This document shows, in pieces, positions 58,619-64,000 of a stretch of 64,000 nucleotides of DNA (positions are counted from its first letter, which is position 1; each line of letters opens with the position of its first letter). The DNA is from a bacterium (GTDB taxonomy: Bacteria > Krumholzibacteriota > Krumholzibacteriia > G020349025). Made by a program: the position numbers and the translations under genes. The notes beneath the pieces are model-generated. The model was not told where the DNA came from, made no database searches, and saw nothing but the letters and a program-made list of their open reading frames with translations. The stretch lies in NCBI GenBank assembly GCA_031362565.1, contig JANLSU010000058.1, positions 69,925 to 133,924 on the forward strand, written 5' to 3'.

Positions 58619-60502
58619 ATGAACATCCCGACCGCCCACGCGGTGCGAATGCAAGCCACATGTTGGCGAGCGATTCGCAGTTTGGCGACTGGCTCCGGAT
58701 CTATTGTCGTCACGGTCACGCTCGGATTGTCGTCGTGTGCTTCGCCGGGCCATGCGCAGTGCACGGGAGGACCTTCGGTGTGCGGCCAGTGGGGGAGCCT
58801 GCTCACCTTCCCACTTCCCGGTGGCACCACAGACGGCATCGCGGACCTCGTAGTGATGCGGACCGGTCAGGTCTTGCTCGTGTACGGAGCACCTGGGCTC
58901 GGCAATGTACGCCGCTACGATCCGCAAACCGGTTCTCTAACCGGTCTGCACTCTAGCACCGACGCCCTAGGGTTGTTCTGTGGTGCTCACTCTCAGCTCG
59001 GCGATGGTAGGATTGTCTTTATTGGCGGGGGGGCGGGGACCAGGACGGCCGTTTACGATCCCATGGCGACGGTCGTGTTTGACGATGGCGTGAATGCCAT
59101 CTGCCCAGGTTGTTTTTCTGCTCGCGCGGTTGCACCGACGGGTCGATTCTACCCAACGATCACGACGCTTGCGGATGGGAGGGTACTGGCGGTTGGCGCG
59201 GGAGATGAAACCCTACAACGGATCCCGATGCTCTATGATCCCATCTTGAACCAATGGGTGCAGCTCCCAGGAGCCGAGCACTGCCTTGCCGGGCCGGCGA
59301 CGTGTCCTACGATACCGTACAGCGACATCAAGATGTCGATCTACCCGCATCTCTACCAAGCTCTGGATGGGCGAGTGGTCTTCGTCAATGCGGGCCCCCC
59401 CGGCGCTCATGCGCCAAATTTCACTTGGGCGCTGACAACGGCAGGGGGAGGTTCGTGGGCGAAGGTCAACCCCAATCAGGTCATCAAGGATCCGATCACT
59501 GGCAATCCTTCGGTGATGTACGGCCCCAATCTTGTCCTCAAGCTTGGCGGGCGCGATCTCAACGGGGTCGCGGCCGACAACACGCCCTACAGCATCGATC
59601 TATCCGCCGCCTCGCCATCCTGGGTGAGTCGGGCCCTGGCGCAGCATCACGGCGGAAGCGGATCCGGGTTGGACGTTCACTACTACCTCCTCGCTCTGCC
59701 GAACGAGAGGATCATGGCCCTCGGATTCGAGCAAATCCAGCAAGGCTCCCCGCCGATTCCAGAATGGTACCATCCGGTTCTCAACGACTGGGACGACCTC
59801 GCAGCAGTTCCGGAAGCCCCGAATTGCGTGGTGAATTGCTCTGGCAATCCCGGGACTTTCGTCCGAGGCTATCACTCAGCGGCTGTTGTGCTGCCGGACG
59901 CCAGAGTCCTCTTCGTGGGGGGAACCACAACCGAGTCTAGCCATATCTCGAATACCGGCAACATCTTCTCGCCGCCGTACCTCTTCAAGAGCAACGGCGA
60001 GGAACTTGTGCCAGGGCACCCGGAGAGGCCGACGATCGTGAGCACGGAAACGATCATCGGCACCGGCAGCACCTTTACCGCCGATTGCAGTCCCGGCTCT
60101 GGGGCCACGAGCATTACGAAGGCCTGCCTCATTCGGCCCGGCTCGGCAACCCATGCCATGGACTTCGATCAGCGATTCATCCCCTTGACGTTCACTCCGG
60201 GGAGCGGGTTGCTGCAGTTCACGGCTCCCGCGACAACAAAACAGGCACCTCCCGGGTACTACATGCTCTTCGTGCTCAACAACGGTACGCCGGCTGCGCC
60301 ATCGGTCGCTCGGTTCGTCAACGTTTGGGGGATTGTGGAGGAGAGCGTCAGCGTTTCGGCTTCTTTCAGCTGCAATCAACCGTCGATCAGTTTTGACGTT
60401 CAGTGGGACACGACGAGTCCGACGACTACGGTTAGCCCGCCGCTGAGCGGCCAAGACAGGGTGGAAATCTCGTGTGCCCAGGCACCCCCACCGCTTTTGT
60501 GA
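58619..60502 (+). CDS. Galactose-oxidase-like copper radical oxidase (AA5; Kelch propeller plus DUF1929), probably frameshifted near 60473
   Basis: LFCGAH (Cys), RFYPT (Tyr), RGYHS (Tyr-His), SATHA…DQR (His), FSPPYLF, APPGYYMLFV; GGGGGA SD. Confidence 0.85.
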   Translation: MNIPTAHAVRMQATCWRAIRSLATGSGSIVVTVTLGLSSCASPGHAQCTGGPSVCGQWGSLLTFPLPGGTTDGIADLVVMRTGQVLLVYGAPGLGNVRRYDPQTGSLTGLHSSTDALGLFCGAHSQLGDGRIVFIGGGAGTRTAVYDPMATVVFDDGVNAICPGCFSARAVAPTGRFYPTITTLADGRVLAVGAGDETLQRIPMLYDPILNQWVQLPGAEHCLAGPATCPTIPYSDIKMSIYPHLYQALDGRVVFVNAGPPGAHAPNFTWALTTAGGGSWAKVNPNQVIKDPITGNPSVMYGPNLVLKLGGRDLNGVAADNTPYSIDLSAASPSWVSRALAQHHGGSGSGLDVHYYLLALPNERIMALGFEQIQQGSPPIPEWYHPVLNDWDDLAAVPEAPNCVVNCSGNPGTFVRGYHSAAVVLPDARVLFVGGTTTESSHISNTGNIFSPPYLFKSNGEELVPGHPERPTIVSTETIIGTGSTFTADCSPGSGATSITKACLIRPGSATHAMDFDQRFIPLTFTPGSGLLQFTAPATTKQAPPGYYMLFVLNNGTPAAPSVARFVNVWGIVEESVSVSASFSCNQPSISFDVQWDTTSPTTTVSPPLSGQDRVEISCAQAPPPLL

Positions 60503-60696
60503 CTCTGGCGTCCACTTCGGAATCGACGCATCACAGTGTTGTTGTCGGAAGCGCCTGCAGCATCGGTTCCTGGCACATCTTTGTCCAAAGCACGAAGGGT
60601 ACGAGCACCAGCCGAATCTCGCTCTGCAAGACATTCGTGAACTCGTCTTGCATGTCGTGCCCTCCGGGTTGCCGCCCACCGTGCGAATTCGATTGA
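60472..60696 (+). pseudogene. Out-of-frame C-terminal continuation of the oxidase
   Basis: Deleting one TG from TCGTGTGCCCA gives …VEISCPGTPTAFV…CPPGCRPPCEFD*, and that stop overlaps the next gene's GAGGAGG SD. Confidence 0.55.
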
Positions 60697-60707
60697 GGAG
60701 GAATGTC

Positions 60708-61556
60708 ATGCGGAGTGGTAGGACTCGTCTCGTTGCGGTTTCTCTTGGAGTGCTTCTCGGCGCATCATCCCCCGGGCGGGCCACAGTAGTCGACCGTGTC
60801 GTTGGGGCAGTGGCACCGAACGGGGGAGCGCAACTCGTCAAGCGCTTCAGCGTTCCGGCGGGCTCGGTGATCGTCGGGATCGAGTTCATGAGTAACGACC
60901 TTCGGACGGTGTTTCCGAAGGTAGCCCTTCTCCAAGGAACGTTGGAGAGGACCTCTGAGGCAGCGGCGTTGGCGGAGGTGCAGAACGTGCGACCAGGCCT
61001 CAGGCATCGGGTCCAAGTCGCAGTCCCGGCTGTCACGGTGTCGAAATCTCAGGATCTCTATGTTGCGGTGACCCTACCTGCGAGCGATGGTGTCGAAGCC
61101 GTGACGAATGGCCCCGCCCTTGTAGCGACGCAACTGAGGGAGCCGAACGGCAGCTTCCTCGCGTCGCCGACAGATGGGACCTTGCAAGCCATTGACGTGG
61201 ACCTCTCGATCGAGTTGTTAATGCGAACGGTTGGAAAAGCAGATGCACCGCGTGGCGACGAAAAGGCCCTTACAGAGACGTTCTTGTCCGGAGGTACTCC
61301 GAACCCGGCAACGTCGGCGGTACGGGTTCAGTTCCGGTTCGGCTTGGAGCGCGGCATGCCGGTGAAGCTTGCCGTGTACAACGTCGCCGGACGCCTCGTT
61401 CGGCTTCTGGCTGAGGGACCGATGGACGCTGGTGTGCATGCCGCAGATTGGGACGCGAAGGATGAGCGCGGACAGAGCGTTGCCGAAGGCGTCTACATCG
61501 CGAAACTGCGAGCCGGGGAGAAGATCCTCACGCAGAAACTCGTGTTGACGAGATAG
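60708..61556 (+). CDS. Secreted protein with C-terminal FlgD-Ig/T9SS-like domain
   Basis: GAGGAGG SD, signal peptide, PNP…VYNVAGRLVRLL…WDAKDERG…GVYIAKL…KLVLTR. Confidence 0.82.
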   Translation: MRSGRTRLVAVSLGVLLGASSPGRATVVDRVVGAVAPNGGAQLVKRFSVPAGSVIVGIEFMSNDLRTVFPKVALLQGTLERTSEAAALAEVQNVRPGLRHRVQVAVPAVTVSKSQDLYVAVTLPASDGVEAVTNGPALVATQLREPNGSFLASPTDGTLQAIDVDLSIELLMRTVGKADAPRGDEKALTETFLSGGTPNPATSAVRVQFRFGLERGMPVKLAVYNVAGRLVRLLAEGPMDAGVHAADWDAKDERGQSVAEGVYIAKLRAGEKILTQKLVLTR

Positions 61557-61603
61557 GGCGACGACATCCGGAACCCCTCGAGCAGGAGACAGGTGATGGT
61601 CGA

Positions 61604-62335
61604 GTGATTGCGTTTCAGTCCTCAGACTTCAACGACCTGGCGCGCGGTGGTCACGCGTGGTTCCGGGCGTGCATGCGACGAATCCGGCATGGTGCGGCAG
61701 TCACCGTCCTGGCCTCGATGCCGGCGAGTGAAGGCACTGCCGGTCCGGTTTGCCCTGATTCCTCGTACGTACAGGTGACGTATGCCTGTACGTTCACGGG
61801 CAGCTATCGGACTCATGAACCGCTCGATGTGGTGACCGTTGCTCCTAACCGGAACGGTGAAACCTTCGCCGAGAACGGAATCTCGATCCGCGTTTTCCTC
61901 AAGGATTGCCAGGGCAATCCCGTTGCGGGCGTGCCGGCGGAGTCGATCACGCTGACGCATCCAGAGCTGTGTGTCTGCCCGGGTGGCAACATCGCCGACG
62001 CGCCGACCGACGCTGTTGGGTCGACGACATTCAGTGGCCCTCTTCGCGGCGGGGGGTGCGTCCCGAACCTGATCCTGCAAGTGGACGGGATCGATGTCTG
62101 TACCGTGCCGGTGATGACCAATACCCCGGATTTCACCTTCGGCGCGCCCTGTTACGTGAACGAAGACGAACTCTCCTATTTTGCGTTCCTGATCTCTGGC
62201 AGGCACTATACGATTTGCCAGGATCTCAACGAGGATGGCATCATCGATGTGCTCGACTGGTCGATCCTTGTGAATCGCTATTATGGGAGTTTTGGAAGTT
62301 CGTGCGAGAGCCCCGTCGAAAAGGGGAGTCGATGA
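61604..62335 (+). CDS. Secreted Cys-rich Ig-like protein with C-terminal dockerin/EF-hand-like repeat (copy 1, gene A)
   Basis: Big_1-like LKDCQGNPVAGVP…TDAVG.TTF; CQDLNEDGIIDVLD. Start is GTG 61604 or ATG 61673. Confidence 0.7.
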   Translation: MIAFQSSDFNDLARGGHAWFRACMRRIRHGAAVTVLASMPASEGTAGPVCPDSSYVQVTYACTFTGSYRTHEPLDVVTVAPNRNGETFAENGISIRVFLKDCQGNPVAGVPAESITLTHPELCVCPGGNIADAPTDAVGSTTFSGPLRGGGCVPNLILQVDGIDVCTVPVMTNTPDFTFGAPCYVNEDELSYFAFLISGRHYTICQDLNEDGIIDVLDWSILVNRYYGSFGSSCESPVEKGSR

Positions 62336-62949
62336 TACGAATCCGGCGGAAGAAGAGCGTCCTGGGAAGCCTGAAGTACCAGATTGCGCTGGCCGCGGCG
62401 CTTGGGCTGGGAGCAGTGACACAGGAGGCCTTCGCACAGCGGATCGGCATGTTCTTCGATGCGGAGGCGACTACTTGTAGCAAACAGATCGGTCTGTACG
62501 AAGAGGGAAAAATCTGGATCATCGCGTTCGTCGATGACCCGAGTGTCTCGATCGTCGGCGTGGAGTTCGGAATCTACGGGCTGCCGGAAACGTGGTTGTT
62601 GAGCTTGGTCGGCCCCTCCGGCCTCCGTGCGTGGGCGGGCGGTACGCAACAGATAGCTGGTTACCCACAGCCCCTGTCAAGGTCAGGAAATACCATCACG
62701 CTCGGTTGGATCTACTACTTTTCGACTTCCGTGTTGCCGGCTACGACATTGAGGCTCGCGGCGCGCAGCGGATCGAACGATGACACCCCGATTCTGATTC
62801 AGCGATCGGACGATTCTGAGTGTGCAGGCGTCAGCGCGTTCCGGTACTTCGCGACACCGGCAACAGGCTCGATGGCCGTCATCAATGGCGAATGCTCGAT
62901 CTCGGTCGAGAGCAAGTCCTGGGGCATGATCAAGGAGCTGTATCGTTGA
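62332..62949 (+). CDS. Secreted protein ending in SWGxIKxLYR, possibly cohesin-like (copy 1, gene B)
   Basis: ATGA overlap with gene A, signal peptide …EAFA-Q, IGMFFD…TC, C-terminal SVESKSWGMIKELYR. Confidence 0.72.
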   Translation: MIRIRRKKSVLGSLKYQIALAAALGLGAVTQEAFAQRIGMFFDAEATTCSKQIGLYEEGKIWIIAFVDDPSVSIVGVEFGIYGLPETWLLSLVGPSGLRAWAGGTQQIAGYPQPLSRSGNTITLGWIYYFSTSVLPATTLRLAARSGSNDDTPILIQRSDDSECAGVSAFRYFATPATGSMAVINGECSISVESKSWGMIKELYR

Positions 62950-63098
62950 TGGACGCCTCAGTGGCCACCTCTTGAGCGAAGGAGCGGGGTAGGCGCAGCG
63001 CGAGCGAGCACGGACAGGCGAGAGTTGAATGAAGGCAATCTGGTTCTCAGACTTTAGCGGCCTGGCGCGCGGTGCTTACGCCCGGCCTCCGGAAGAGC

Positions 63099-63761
63099 AT
63101 GCGACGAATCCGGTCTGGTGCGGCAGTTGTCACCGTCCTCGCCTCGATGCTGGGGACTGAGGGCTTTGCGGGTCCGGTTTGTCCTGATTCGTCGTACGTG
63201 CAGGTGACGTATGCCTGTACGTTCACTGGCAGCTATCGCACTCACGAACCGCTCGATGTGGTGACCGTTTCTCCCGGGAGGAACAGTGAAACGTTCGCGG
63301 GGAACGGAATCTCGATCCGCGTTGTTCTCAAGGATTGCCAGGGTAATCCCGTTGCGGGCGTGCCGGCGGCGTCGATCACGCTGACGCACCCGGAGCTGTG
63401 TGTCTGCCCGGGCGGTAATATCGCCGATGGTCCGACTGACGCTGCCGGGGCGACGACATTCAGTGGCATTCTTCGCGGCGGGGGGTGCGTCCCGAACCTT
63501 ATCCTGCAAGTGGACGGGGTCGATGTCAGTACCGTGCCGGTCATGACCAATACCGCGGATTTCACGTTCGGGGCTCCCTGTGACGTGAGCGCCGATGAAC
63601 TCGCATGGTTTGGATCCCTCATGGGCGGGACATACGGGATTTGCTACGATCTCAACGAGGATGGCATCAACGATTTGCTCGACTGGGTGATCCTTGTGAA
63701 TCGCCACTATGGGATTTATGGGACTTCGTGCCAGAGCCCGGTCGAGAAGGTGAATCGATGA
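63099..63761 (+). CDS. Paralog of gene A (copy 2)
   Basis: 12 differences over a 128-aa core versus copy 1; CYDLNEDGINDLLD. Confidence 0.75.
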   Translation: MRRIRSGAAVVTVLASMLGTEGFAGPVCPDSSYVQVTYACTFTGSYRTHEPLDVVTVSPGRNSETFAGNGISIRVVLKDCQGNPVAGVPAASITLTHPELCVCPGGNIADGPTDAAGATTFSGILRGGGCVPNLILQVDGVDVSTVPVMTNTADFTFGAPCDVSADELAWFGSLMGGTYGICYDLNEDGINDLLDWVILVNRHYGIYGTSCQSPVEKVNR

Positions 63762-64000
63762 TACGGATCCGGCCGGGGAAGGGAGTCATGGGAAGCCTGA
63801 AGTACCAGATTGCGCTGGCCGCGGCGCTGGGGCTCGGAGCAATCACCGAGGAGGCCTGCGCACAGCGGATCGGGATGTTCTTCGATCCAGAGGCGACGAC
63901 TTGTAGCAAACAGATCGGTCTGTACGAAGAGGGAAAGATCTGGATCATCGCGTTCGTCGATGACCCGAGTGTCTCGATCGTCGGCCTGGAATTCGGAATC
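63758..64000 (+). CDS. Paralog of gene B (copy 2, partial)
   Basis: MIRIRPGKGVMGSLKYQIALAAALGLGA…IGMFFDPEATTC…; open to the window end. Confidence 0.75.
   Translation, partial: MIRIRPGKGVMGSLKYQIALAAALGLGAITEEACAQRIGMFFDPEATTCSKQIGLYEEGKIWIIAFVDDPSVSIVGLEFGI

Larger units (their letters stand above)
61621..64000 (+). repeat. Tandem duplication of a two-gene unit, period about 1426 bp; second copy cut by the window end
   Basis: ATG 61673 matches ATG 63099 and ATG 62332 matches ATG 63758, with near-identical DNA. Confidence 0.93.

Noticed and set aside
60500..60502. Second selenocysteine read-through at the oxidase TGA
   Set aside because: No Cys/redox context or clear SECIS hairpin; a frameshift explains the continuation better.
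61604..64000. Diversity-generating retroelement (TR/VR) explanation for the duplicated unit
   Set aside because: Differences are not confined to adenines, whole genes are duplicated, and there is no reverse transcriptase in the window.

Overview
High-GC bacterial chromosome segment from a diderm organism. FlgD/T9SS-like C-terminal domains and an 'SWGxIKxLYR' C-terminus suggest an FCB candidate lineage such as Krumholzibacteriota, Latescibacterota or Eisenbacteria (inference). In order, the window holds: nadB and a coupled methyltransferase-bshC-bshB1-bshA (probably N-methyl-bacillithiol) operon; a selenoprotein missed by the ORF track (6032-7027: in-frame TGA in a C-G-U motif, SECIS-like hairpin, lipobox, own promoter and SD); OMP, PDZ, HNH, panE, an M4/M36 peptidase, add and lon; a long LPS-core/EPS cluster ending in galT-glgA; tRNA-Gly and tRNA-Cys; a 50% Lys/Arg GRKKA-repeat protein; ABC transporters; a BamA-like OMP; an HK-RR-HD-GYP module; UPF0182; an FG-GAP protein whose frame runs through tRNA-Leu; and an accessory block (about 58.6 kb to the end) with a copper-radical oxidase and tandem-duplicated dockerin-like/cohesin-like gene pairs. 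All calls come from reading motifs by eye; no database searches were run.
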